Positions 1-8,865 of a DNA stretch of 64,000 nt are shown piece by piece. The stretch lies in the NCBI GenBank assembly GCA_963666835.2, contig CAXXGO010000001.1:1696001-1760000 (forward strand). The letters are read 5' to 3'. Source of the stretch: Phycisphaerae bacterium (GTDB lineage: Bacteria > Planctomycetota > Phycisphaerae > UBA1845). Below the pieces are notes generated by a model that worked only from the letters and a program-made list of their open reading frames with translations, made no database searches and had not been told where the DNA came from. The position numbers and the translations under genes are program-made. The stretch's first letter is position 1. Every line of letters begins with the position of its first letter.

Positions 1-2
1 AC

Positions 3-464
3 GAATTCACCCCGGATGCGCCGGCAGATGAGCTGCCACTGGGGGACTTCGCGGAATCGGAGACTCAGGCTGAGCCGGGCGGAGGGACGCAGCCCGTTCG
101 CACCATCAACGGCGATGAGATGGGCGATGCGGCGTCCATCCCCGATTTCCCGGGCGTCGGCGGTGATGCGGCCGCGTCGGGTCAGGATGCTGATTGGGAC
201 AGCCAACTCTCCGCCCATCGAGTGGTGGTTGAACTGAAACGAGTGGAAGCGGAGGTTCGGGAGCTGCTTTTCGAACGGGATCCGAAACGGAAGCGAAAGC
301 TCAGTGGATCGCGCCGCTGGCGAGAGCTCGAGGAGGATCTGCTCGCGTGGAAGTTCTCCGGGCGGATCGAGGAGGACACTCTGCGCCGGCTGCATCGGCT
401 GATCTACCGGCGCGACCATCTCTTCAGACGCCTGCGGTTTTTGGCCGGATCGCGACTGAGTTGA
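3..464 (+). CDS. hypothetical protein, 5'-partial
   Basis: The frame is open from base 3 to the TGA at 462-464. Acidic N-terminal part, charged helical C-terminal part, no recognised motif. Confidence 0.6.
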   Translation, partial: EFTPDAPADELPLGDFAESETQAEPGGGTQPVRTINGDEMGDAASIPDFPGVGGDAAASGQDADWDSQLSAHRVVVELKRVEAEVRELLFERDPKRKRKLSGSRRWRELEEDLLAWKFSGRIEEDTLRRLHRLIYRRDHLFRRLRFLAGSRLS

Positions 465-543
465 GTCCCAGAGTCGCCATCGGTTCGAGTGAGAGCGCAG
501 CGAAGCAGATGCGCGGCTCCAGCACACCGAGCGACGCTCCACG

Positions 544-573
544 TTGACGAGCCCTCGCCCGGGCCACTATACT
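544..573 (+). promoter_or_regulatory. putative sigma-70 promoter of the acyl-CoA operon
   Basis: TTGACG-18 nt-TATACT, about 150 nt upstream of the first dehydrogenase. Confidence 0.5.
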
Positions 574-721
574 CGCACCCGCAGGTGCGGTCGTTCTCAA
601 TCCCGCGAGCAGGACACGAACAAGGAGCACCTTCGTATCCTTCGCCGGGATCGACGCTTGCCGCGCGCCCCCGAGCGGGGCATTAGTGGTGTGGATGTTT
701 GAAATTGGAGTATGAGCGGAT

Positions 722-1876
722 ATGCCGTTAGAGTCACCTACAGCTAACCTCTCAGACGACGAGTCGATGCTCATCGAGGCCGCTCGGGATTTCGCCGAGA
801 ACGAGCTGCTGCCCCTTGACCGAAAATGGGACAAGGACGAGTCCAACGTGTCGGAAGTCATGCCGCAGCTTGCCGAAATGGGCTTCCTCAACTTGTGTGT
901 TCCGGAAGGCCTGGGTGGTGTGGGCTGCTCGTACCGCACATACGCTGCGATTGTGCATGGTATCGCCATGTCGTCGCCTTCGGCCGCGGTCACGATCTCG
1001 GTCCACACGCTGACCGGGAATATCATAGAGAAGAACGCCGCCGAACCGCTCCGCACGGAGCTGCTGTCGAACTGGGGAGATCCGGCCCACGTCGGCGCGT
1101 TCGCACTGTCTGAAGCGGATGCGGGCAGCGACGCCGCCGCTGCCAAGACGACGGCCGTCAAGGTGGACGGGGGATACCGAATCAACGGCGAGAAGATGTG
1201 GATCACCAACGGGCTGCAGGCTCGGTGGCTCCTTACACTGGTTCGTACCCCGGGAACGAAGAGACGTGATGGCCTCTTCGCTGTTCTGATTGATGGAAAC
1301 GATCCCGGCGTGGAACGCGACAAGATCCACGGGAAGATGGGGATTCGTGGCAGCGACACCGCGGTTCTGCACTTCTCTGACGTTTTCGTGCCGGATGCCC
1401 ACGTGGTTGGCGAGGTCAACCGGGGCTTGCAGGTGATGCTATCCGGCCTCAACGGCGGGAGGATTGGGATTGCAGCTCAGTCCAGCGGGATCGCGGAAGC
1501 TTGCCTCAACGAGATGATTGCGTACGCCAAGGAGCGCGAACAGTTCGGCAAGCCCTTAGGTCGCCTTCAGGCCGTGGGGAATATGATCGCGGACAGCGCC
1601 GTCGAGCTGGAGGCGGCCAAGGCTCTGGTGTGGCAGGCGGCGGAAAAGGTCGACGCCGGTCGTCCGGATCCGGCGGCAAGCTCGATGGCGAAGCTATATG
1701 CGTCGGAGTGTGCGAATCGGATCGCGTACCGGGCGGTGCAGGTTCATGGCGGCACGGGCTACGTCAACGAATGCCGGGCGGAGCAGTTGTACCGCGACGT
1801 ACGGGTGACCACGATTTACGAAGGAGCGAGTGAGGTCCAGAGAATCGTGATTGCCCGTGATCTTCTGAACCGGTAG
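722..1876 (+). CDS. acyl-CoA dehydrogenase
   Basis: ALSEADAGSD, NGEKMWITNG, KMGIRGSDT, REQFGKP and TIYEGASEVQR motifs. Confidence 0.95.
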   Translation: MPLESPTANLSDDESMLIEAARDFAENELLPLDRKWDKDESNVSEVMPQLAEMGFLNLCVPEGLGGVGCSYRTYAAIVHGIAMSSPSAAVTISVHTLTGNIIEKNAAEPLRTELLSNWGDPAHVGAFALSEADAGSDAAAAKTTAVKVDGGYRINGEKMWITNGLQARWLLTLVRTPGTKRRDGLFAVLIDGNDPGVERDKIHGKMGIRGSDTAVLHFSDVFVPDAHVVGEVNRGLQVMLSGLNGGRIGIAAQSSGIAEACLNEMIAYAKEREQFGKPLGRLQAVGNMIADSAVELEAAKALVWQAAEKVDAGRPDPAASSMAKLYASECANRIAYRAVQVHGGTGYVNECRAEQLYRDVRVTTIYEGASEVQRIVIARDLLNR

Positions 1877-2078
1877 GGCCATGCGTGGTGAACAGGTCGT
1901 TCCGTGATGTGGTTTGACAGCCTCCGGTGGCCATCGAGGCCGGCCGGCTGATTCTGGCGTTTCTTTCGTAATGGTAGGGGCCTGGGTATTATGCCCGGGT
2001 TCGAGTGGTTCTTCGGGCGTCTTGTCCCGGCGCACGTTACTGGACAGACGACAATTGCGACACCGGATTGGGTAGCTT

Positions 2079-3221
2079 ATGGATTTGGAACTTTCTGACG
2101 ATCTGGTCGCCCTGCAGGACGTGGCCCGGCGGTTTGCCGCCGACCACATCGCCCCCAATGCCAGGCAATGGGATCGCGAGGCAGATATCCCGCGGGATAT
2201 CATCGCCAAGCTGGGCGAATTGGGCTTCATGGGCATTTTCATTCCCCCGGAGTACGGCGGCTGCGGGTTCGGTGACCTCGAAGTCACGGTCATCATGGAG
2301 GAGATCGCTCGGCATTGCGGGGCTACCGCGTTAACGCTCGATGCGCACAACGCGCTGTGTTGCGCCCATCTCCTGCACGCCGCGAGTGATGAGCAGAAGA
2401 AGAAGTACCTTCCCAAGCTGGCTACGGGGGAGCACATCGGCGCTTGGGCTCTGTCGGAGCCCGGCAGCGGAAGCGACGCCGCGGCGTTGACCACGGAGGC
2501 TCGTCTCGACGGGGACTCGTGGGTGCTGAACGGGGCCAAGCAGTGGATTACCAATGGGTACCACGCCAACGTGTTCGTGGTGATGGCGAAGACCACGCCG
2601 GAGGGCGGGGCGAAGGGGATAAGTGGTTTCATTGTGGAGCGCGGCACCCCCGGTCTGACCATTGGCGCCAAAGAGGACAAGATGGGCATGCGCGGCTCGG
2701 ACACCGTCGAGCTGACTTTCGAGAACATGCGCATACCGAAGGAGAACCTCTGCGGTGAGCTGAACATGGGCTTCAAGCACGCAATGAGGGTGCTCGAACG
2801 CGGTCGGATCACGATTGGTGCCATGGCGGTTGGGCTTGCCCGTGGAGCGCTGGAGGAGTCTCTGGCCTATGCCCAGCAGCGCATGGCGTTTGGCAAGCCG
2901 ATCTTCGAACATCAGTCGATCCAATTCAAACTGGCCGACATGGCGACCAACATCGAAGCTGCTCGCCTGATGATCCGCAAAGCGGCGGTCCTTTCCGATG
3001 CCGGTCAACCGTGCAACTTCGAAGCGGCCGCGGCGAAGCTGTTTGCAACGGAGATGGCGACCCGCGCGGGGTTGGAGGCGATTCAGATTCATGGTGGTAA
3101 CGGCTACACGAAGGAGGTTCCGGTGGAACGGTACCTTCGGGATGCCAAGCTCTGTGAGATCGGTGAGGGATCCAGCGAGATCCAGCGCATTGTTATTTCC
3201 CGCCACTTACTCGAGCGATAA
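2079..3221 (+). CDS. acyl-CoA dehydrogenase
   Basis: [36 protein letters not shown] and [11 protein letters not shown] motifs. Confidence 0.95.
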   Translation: MDLELSDDLVALQDVARRFAADHIAPNARQWDREADIPRDIIAKLGELGFMGIFIPPEYGGCGFGDLEVTVIMEEIARHCGATALTLDAHNALCCAHLLHAASDEQKKKYLPKLATGEHIGAWALSEPGSGSDAAALTTEARLDGDSWVLNGAKQWITNGYHANVFVVMAKTTPEGGAKGISGFIVERGTPGLTIGAKEDKMGMRGSDTVELTFENMRIPKENLCGELNMGFKHAMRVLERGRITIGAMAVGLARGALEESLAYAQQRMAFGKPIFEHQSIQFKLADMATNIEAARLMIRKAAVLSDAGQPCNFEAAAAKLFATEMATRAGLEAIQIHGGNGYTKEVPVERYLRDAKLCEIGEGSSEIQRIVISRHLLER

Positions 3222-3232
3222 GGGAGGCTGCT

Positions 3233-4369
3233 ATGGATTTCGAGTTTGACGACGATCACAAGATGCTACAGCAGCAGCTCCGCGACTTCGCCGAGAAAGA
3301 GGTCGCTCCCGGAGCTGCCCAACGCGATGAAGAAGCGGAGATGCCGGAGGAGTTGGTGCGGCAGCTTGCCGAGATGGGGTTGTTCGGCATCGCCATTCCG
3401 ACCGAATACGACGGGGCCGGAATGGGCACGGTGGCGTCCTCCATCGTGGTCGAGGAAATATCGCGCGCCTGCGCCGGCACCGGGGTGCTGCTCAGTGCGC
3501 ACAATTCGCTCTGCGTTGATCCGATCCTGACGTTCGGTTCGCCGGAACAGAAGCAGAAATACCTGCCGAAGATGGCGGCCGGCGAGATGATCGGCTGCTT
3601 ATCCCTGACGGAAGCGGGCAGCGGCAGCGATGCCGGGGCGGCTACGTGTGCGGCCGAATTGAAAGACGATGGATGGCACGTCAACGGCAGCAAGATCTTC
3701 GTGACCAACGGTAAGCAGGCCGGAGTCATGGTCTTGATCGCCGTGACCGATCCCGACAATCCGAAACGGAGATTGAGCGCCTTCATCGTCGAGACGGACG
3801 CGCCCGGGCTGCAGCGAGGCAAACTGGAACATAAACTGGGCATCCGCTGTTCTTCCACGGCGGAGTTCATCTTCGAAGACTGCGTGCTGCCCAAGGACGC
3901 CCTGTTGGGCGAGCAGGGCCGAGGCTTGAAGGTGGCTCTGACCACTCTGAACGGAGGACGGATCGGGATTGCGTCGCAGGCGCTGGGGATCGGGGAGGCT
4001 TGCCTCCACGAGGCGACCGAATACGCCAAGACCAGGGTGCAGTTCAACCGCCCCATTGCCAAGTTCCAGGCGATTCAAAACAAGCTGGCGGATACGGCGG
4101 TGGGAGTCGAAGCGGCGCGGGTGCTGGTCTACAAGGCCGCGTTGTACAAGGATACCGGGCGGGACTACGTCCAGGCGGGGGCCATGGCGAAATTGTTCGC
4201 CAGTGAAATGTGCTCTCGGGCGGCTAATCACGCGGTGCAGGTGTTCGGCGGATATGGGTACTGCAAGGATTATCCGGTTGAGCGGCTCTTACGTGACGCG
4301 AAGATCACGGAGCTGTACGAAGGCACCAGCGAGATTCATCGTCTGGTGATTGCTCGCACTCTGCTGTAG
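3233..4369 (+). CDS. acyl-CoA dehydrogenase (butyryl-CoA dehydrogenase-like)
   Basis: SLTEAGSGSD, NGSKIFVTNG, VFGGYGY and ELYEGTSEIHR motifs; GGAGG RBS. Confidence 0.95.
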   Translation: MDFEFDDDHKMLQQQLRDFAEKEVAPGAAQRDEEAEMPEELVRQLAEMGLFGIAIPTEYDGAGMGTVASSIVVEEISRACAGTGVLLSAHNSLCVDPILTFGSPEQKQKYLPKMAAGEMIGCLSLTEAGSGSDAGAATCAAELKDDGWHVNGSKIFVTNGKQAGVMVLIAVTDPDNPKRRLSAFIVETDAPGLQRGKLEHKLGIRCSSTAEFIFEDCVLPKDALLGEQGRGLKVALTTLNGGRIGIASQALGIGEACLHEATEYAKTRVQFNRPIAKFQAIQNKLADTAVGVEAARVLVYKAALYKDTGRDYVQAGAMAKLFASEMCSRAANHAVQVFGGYGYCKDYPVERLLRDAKITELYEGTSEIHRLVIARTLL

Positions 4370-4451
4370 CCGCGGCTGACGTACTAAGTATGGGATAACG
4401 AAGGATTCGCCCGGTGTTTGACGGGCGTGGAACAGGTTTGGAGTCAGGACT

Positions 4452-5315
4452 ATGACGTGCTGTAGCCAGGATAAGTGCATCGGGGTTATCGGTGCGGGGA
4501 CCATGGGACGCGGTATTACTCAGGTCTTTGCGCAGGCCGGATACAACGCCTACATGTTCGACACGGTTGGCGCGGCGCTGGAATCTGCGACGGCTACCAT
4601 CGACAAGCTGCTCGACAAGGCGGTGGCCAAGGGCAAGATGGCCGAGGATGATGCCAAGGCCGCCAAGGGACGCGTGCATCCGGTCACCGACATTACCGAG
4701 TTGGGGACGCATCCGCTGGTGGTCGAAGCGGCCACCGAGCGGCTCGAGATCAAGATCAAGATCCTCCAGGAAGCCCAGAAGCACGTGGAGCCGGGCGGGA
4801 TCCTGGCCAGCAACACCAGCAGCATCAGTATCACGCAACTGGCCGCGGCGACGGACCACCCGGAGAACTTCGTCGGCATGCACTTCTTCAACCCGGTTCC
4901 GGTTATGAAACTGGTGGAGGTCGTGCGCGGGTTGCAGACCAGTGACGAAGTTGTGCAGCGGACCGTCGAACTGGCGAAGGTCGTGGGTAAGGTCCCGGTG
5001 GAGTGCAACGATCATCCTGGGTTTGTCTCGAATCGGGTGCTCATGCCGATGATCAACGAGGCCGTCTTCACGTTGCAGGACGGCGTGGCTAAGCCCGAAG
5101 CGATCGACGACATCATGAAGCTCGGGATGAACCACCCGATGGGCCCGCTAGCCTTGGCGGACCTGATTGGGCTGGACGTCTGTCTGGATATTCTGGAAGT
5201 GCTTTTCCGCGATTTGGGTGAGGACCGGTATCGGCCTTGTCCGCTGTTGCGCAAGATGGTCTTGGCCGGGCGGCTCGGCCGGAAATCGAAACGAGGGTTC
5301 TACTCCTATGAGTAA
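4452..5315 (+). CDS. hbd: 3-hydroxybutyryl-CoA / 3-hydroxyacyl-CoA dehydrogenase
   Basis: GAGTMGRGI Rossmann motif, SNTSSISIT, GMHFFNPVP, NHPMGPL, GRLGRKSKRGFY. Confidence 0.92.
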   Translation: MTCCSQDKCIGVIGAGTMGRGITQVFAQAGYNAYMFDTVGAALESATATIDKLLDKAVAKGKMAEDDAKAAKGRVHPVTDITELGTHPLVVEAATERLEIKIKILQEAQKHVEPGGILASNTSSISITQLAAATDHPENFVGMHFFNPVPVMKLVEVVRGLQTSDEVVQRTVELAKVVGKVPVECNDHPGFVSNRVLMPMINEAVFTLQDGVAKPEAIDDIMKLGMNHPMGPLALADLIGLDVCLDILEVLFRDLGEDRYRPCPLLRKMVLAGRLGRKSKRGFYSYE

Positions 5316-6060
5316 GACACAGGTACGGCTCGGTATTGAAGGGGCGTTAGCCACGATCACGTTTGTCACCGAGGGGGGGCTCAATGTCGGCTCTTCCGAC
5401 ATGATGCGCAGCCTGCGGGATGCAGTGTCGAAGGTGGCGCGGGAGCCCAAGGTGCGTTGCACCGTGGTGACGGGCGACGGTAAGGTCTTTCTGGCCGGGG
5501 CGGACATCAAGGAGATGTCGGATTTTACTCCGGACAAAGCCCGAGAATACGGCTCCCTGGGGCAGAGTGTTTTGAATGCTCTGGAAGCTCTCCCGTCAAT
5601 AACCGTGGCCGCGATGAACGGGGCGGCGCTCGGCGGTGGGCTGGAACTGGCTTTGGCCTGCGATTTCCGCATCGCCGTTAAGTCCGCCAAGATTGGGCTG
5701 CCCGAAACTTCGTTAGGCTTGGTTCCCGGCTGGGGTGGGATCATCCGGGCCACAAAGCTGGTCGGTCCGTCCCGGGCGAAGCGGCTGTACCTCAGTGCCC
5801 TGCCGGTGACGGCGGAGGAGGGGTTGGGCTTTGGCCTGGTTGACGAAGTAGTGAACTCGGCGGACGACCTGGGCGCGCGGGTGACGGCGTTCTGCAAGTC
5901 GTTCCGCCGGGCGGCACCGGCGGCGGTCGGCCTGGCTAAGCGGGCTTCTCGGGATAATGATGACCTGTCGGCGTTTGCCGATTGCTTCAACACGGACGAT
6001 GCCCGCGAGGGAATCGCGGCGTTTGTCGGCAAGCGACCGGCTAGCTGGATGGAGGAGTAG
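5308..6060 (+). CDS. enoyl-CoA hydratase/isomerase (crotonase family)
   Basis: [40 protein letters not shown]; the ATG overlaps the end of the upstream gene. Confidence 0.92.
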   Translation: MSKTQVRLGIEGALATITFVTEGGLNVGSSDMMRSLRDAVSKVAREPKVRCTVVTGDGKVFLAGADIKEMSDFTPDKAREYGSLGQSVLNALEALPSITVAAMNGAALGGGLELALACDFRIAVKSAKIGLPETSLGLVPGWGGIIRATKLVGPSRAKRLYLSALPVTAEEGLGFGLVDEVVNSADDLGARVTAFCKSFRRAAPAAVGLAKRASRDNDDLSAFADCFNTDDAREGIAAFVGKRPASWMEE

Positions 6061-6067
6061 GCGGCTG

Positions 6068-7672
6068 ATGAGTGTTAAACCTTCCGCCGGCTGCTGCTGC
6101 AGTTCGAACGCGGGAAAGAAGGACCGGCCGTTTGTCGGACCGGATGAACTCGGTGATTTCAATCCGGCGGTAGCCCTGGGCGAACCCGGGAGCTTCCCGT
6201 TCACCCGCGGCCCGCATCGGACAATGTACCGCGAGCGGCTCTGGACGATGCGGCAGTTTGCCGGGTTCGGTTCCGCGGACGACACCAACCAGCGGTTCAA
6301 GTATCTGCTGGGGCACGGGCAAACCGGCCTGAGCACAGCGTTCGATCTGCCTACCCTGATGGGGCGCGATAGTGACGACCCTCTGGCACTTGGAGAGGTG
6401 GGCCGGTGTGGGGTGGCGATCTCCTCACTGGCCGACATGCGGCGCCTGTTCGACGGAATCGACCAGAGCCGGGTCAGCACGAGTATGACTATCAACGCCC
6501 CCGCGGCGATTCTGCTGGCGTTCTACGTCGCGGTCGCCCAGGAGCATGGCGTGCCTCTGGAACAGCTTCGTGGCACCCTGCAGAATGACATTCTCAAGGA
6601 ATTCCACGCTCAGAACGAGTACGTCTTTCCGCCGGTCCCCAGCGTGAAGCTGGTGGTTGACACGATCGAGTTCTGTACCGAGCACATGCCGCAGTGGAAC
6701 ACCGTCAGCGTCAGCGGGTACCACATTCGCGAGGCCGGGGCGACCGCCGCCGAAGAGCTGGCCTTCACCCTGGCGGACGGAATGGCCTATGTGGAAGGCT
6801 CCATCGCGCGGGGGATGGACGTTGACGCCTTCTTACCGCGATTGAGCTTCTTCTTCGATGTGCACAACGACTTCTTCGAGGAGATTGCCAAGTTGCGGGC
6901 GGCGCGGCGCATTTGGGCGTACGTGGCCCGGGATCGGTTCAAGGCCAAGAAGGAACGAAGCTGGTTGTTACGCATGCACTGCCAGACGGCCGGTGTGAGC
7001 CTTACCGAACAGCAGCCGATGAACAACCTGATGCGCGTCGCGTATCAAGCCCTCGCGGCCGTGCTCGGTGGTACCCAGTCTCTGCATACCAACAGTATGG
7101 ACGAGACTCTCGCGTTGCCCTCCGAGCATGCGGTCAAGCTTGCTCTGCGGACCCAGCAGTTGCTGGCCCATGAAACGAACGTCACCCAGTCGGTCGACCC
7201 GCTGGGTGGCAGCTACTTCGTGGAGAAGATGACGAACGAGATCGAGGCCAAGGCCCAGGCGATCTTCAAGCAGATCGATGAGCTGGGCGGCGTGGTCAAG
7301 GCCATCGACCAGGGCTACTTCCGGCGGCGCATTGCCGAGTCCGCCCAGGCCGAGCAGCGGCAGATCGAGTCGGGCGAGAAGAAGGTGGTCGGCGTTACGG
7401 ACTTCGCCGAGGACGGTCCCCCCGGGGTCGATCTTCTGCAGATTACGCAGGACACCGAGGACGCCCAGGTCGCCCGCCTGAAGGAGCTTAAGGCCCAGCG
7501 CGATCAGGGTAAGCACGCCGCCGCCCTCGAGCGTTTGCGGAAAGATGCGGCAGACGGTGTCAATGTTATGCCGGCTTTGATCGAGGCGGCCAAGGCCGAC
7601 GCGACGGTCGGCGAGATGATGGAAACGATGAAATCGGTTTTTGGTGCGTATGACGGCGGGCCCGAGTGGTAA
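6068..7672 (+). CDS. icmA: B12-dependent acyl-CoA mutase large subunit, isobutyryl-CoA mutase type
   Basis: [61 protein letters not shown]. Phe and Gln occupy the specificity positions. No B12-binding domain. Confidence 0.85.
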   Translation: MSVKPSAGCCCSSNAGKKDRPFVGPDELGDFNPAVALGEPGSFPFTRGPHRTMYRERLWTMRQFAGFGSADDTNQRFKYLLGHGQTGLSTAFDLPTLMGRDSDDPLALGEVGRCGVAISSLADMRRLFDGIDQSRVSTSMTINAPAAILLAFYVAVAQEHGVPLEQLRGTLQNDILKEFHAQNEYVFPPVPSVKLVVDTIEFCTEHMPQWNTVSVSGYHIREAGATAAEELAFTLADGMAYVEGSIARGMDVDAFLPRLSFFFDVHNDFFEEIAKLRAARRIWAYVARDRFKAKKERSWLLRMHCQTAGVSLTEQQPMNNLMRVAYQALAAVLGGTQSLHTNSMDETLALPSEHAVKLALRTQQLLAHETNVTQSVDPLGGSYFVEKMTNEIEAKAQAIFKQIDELGGVVKAIDQGYFRRRIAESAQAEQRQIESGEKKVVGVTDFAEDGPPGVDLLQITQDTEDAQVARLKELKAQRDQGKHAAALERLRKDAADGVNVMPALIEAAKADATVGEMMETMKSVFGAYDGGPEW

Positions 7673-7703
7673 CGCCGGTTAGTGTCTTTCAGGATTATCC
7701 GCG

Positions 7704-8813
7704 GTGACTGACGGCAAGTATCCCCCCAGGGTCCTTCTGGCGAAGATCGGTCTGGACGGCCACGATCGTGGTGTCAAGGTTTTGGCACGCTCGTTTCGTG
7801 ACGCCGGACTCGAAGTGATTTATACCGGTTTGTGGCAAACGTGCGAGGCGACCATGTGCGCCGCTTTGCAGGAGGACGTCGACGTCGTCGGGGTCAGCCT
7901 GCTTTCGGCCGCGCACATGACGGTGATGCCCGAGATTCTGCGCATTCGCAAAGAGCTCGACATCGAGCACATCCCGATCGTCCTCGGCGGCATTGTGCCC
8001 GAAGCCGACAAGCCGGCGGTGTTGGATCTCGGGGTCGCCGCCGTGTTCAACCCCGGTTCACCCATGGACAAGATCATCGAAACGCTTCGGGACCTGGCCG
8101 CCGGGCATCCCTCGTTCGGTTTCGATGAGATAATCGCCGGATACGCCAAACGCGACCCGCACGCCCTGGCGAAGATGATAACAATCCTGCAGCGCGGTGA
8201 CGGGTTGAACGGTTGGACTCCACCGGCGGGCGATGCCAAGGTCATCGGCGTCACCGGAGCCCCCGGGGTCGGTAAGAGTTCCGTCATCGGCAAGCTGGGG
8301 CTGATGCTCCGCGAGCGCGGCAAGCGGGTCGCGGTGGTTGCCATCGACCCGAGTAGTCCGGTCACCGGTGGAGCCCTCCTCGGCGACCGTTTGCGGATGA
8401 TGGCCGGGGCTCCGGATGTCGATTTCTTCGTGCGCAGCCTCTCGTCCGGAAAGGGCGGCGGGAGCCTGTCTCCGCAGTGTCCCGATGTTGTCAAGATCCT
8501 CAACGGGTTCGGGTTTGACTACATCCTCGTCGAGACGGTAGGGGCGGGCCAGGCCGACGTGGGCATCCGGGAGTTGAGCGATCACACCGTGCTGTTGCTC
8601 ATGCCCGACAGCGGTGACTCCGTCCAGTTCTCCAAGGCCGGCATCATGGAAATCGCCAGTTGCTTCGTCGTGAACAAGTGCGATCTCGCCGGGGCGGACG
8701 CGACGGAAGCGCAACTGATGAGTGCGGTGGGGGAGACCCGCCCGGTGTTCAGGGTCAGCACCATCCGCAACGAAGGGCTCGGATCCGTTGCCGACTGGAT
8801 AACCGGTCTGTAG
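7704..8813 (+). CDS. cobalamin-binding domain fused to MeaB/ArgK GTPase chaperone
   Basis: N-terminal GLDGHDRG (DxHxxG), followed by GVTGAPGVGKSS, DPSSPVTGGALLGDRLRM, ETVGAGQ and VNKCD. Confidence 0.9.
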   Translation: MTDGKYPPRVLLAKIGLDGHDRGVKVLARSFRDAGLEVIYTGLWQTCEATMCAALQEDVDVVGVSLLSAAHMTVMPEILRIRKELDIEHIPIVLGGIVPEADKPAVLDLGVAAVFNPGSPMDKIIETLRDLAAGHPSFGFDEIIAGYAKRDPHALAKMITILQRGDGLNGWTPPAGDAKVIGVTGAPGVGKSSVIGKLGLMLRERGKRVAVVAIDPSSPVTGGALLGDRLRMMAGAPDVDFFVRSLSSGKGGGSLSPQCPDVVKILNGFGFDYILVETVGAGQADVGIRELSDHTVLLLMPDSGDSVQFSKAGIMEIASCFVVNKCDLAGADATEAQLMSAVGETRPVFRVSTIRNEGLGSVADWITGL

Positions 8814-8865
8814 CTGACATTATTCTCCGGGCTGCTTACCGGAAGGTCCTTCGCTTGGTGTATCT

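Noticed and set aside
470..720. Cobalamin riboswitch upstream of the mutase operon
   Set aside because: The characteristic B12-box and core motifs were not recognised.
424..6032. Long minus-strand ORFs over the acyl-CoA operon
   Set aside because: Shadows of clearly identified genes in GC-rich DNA.
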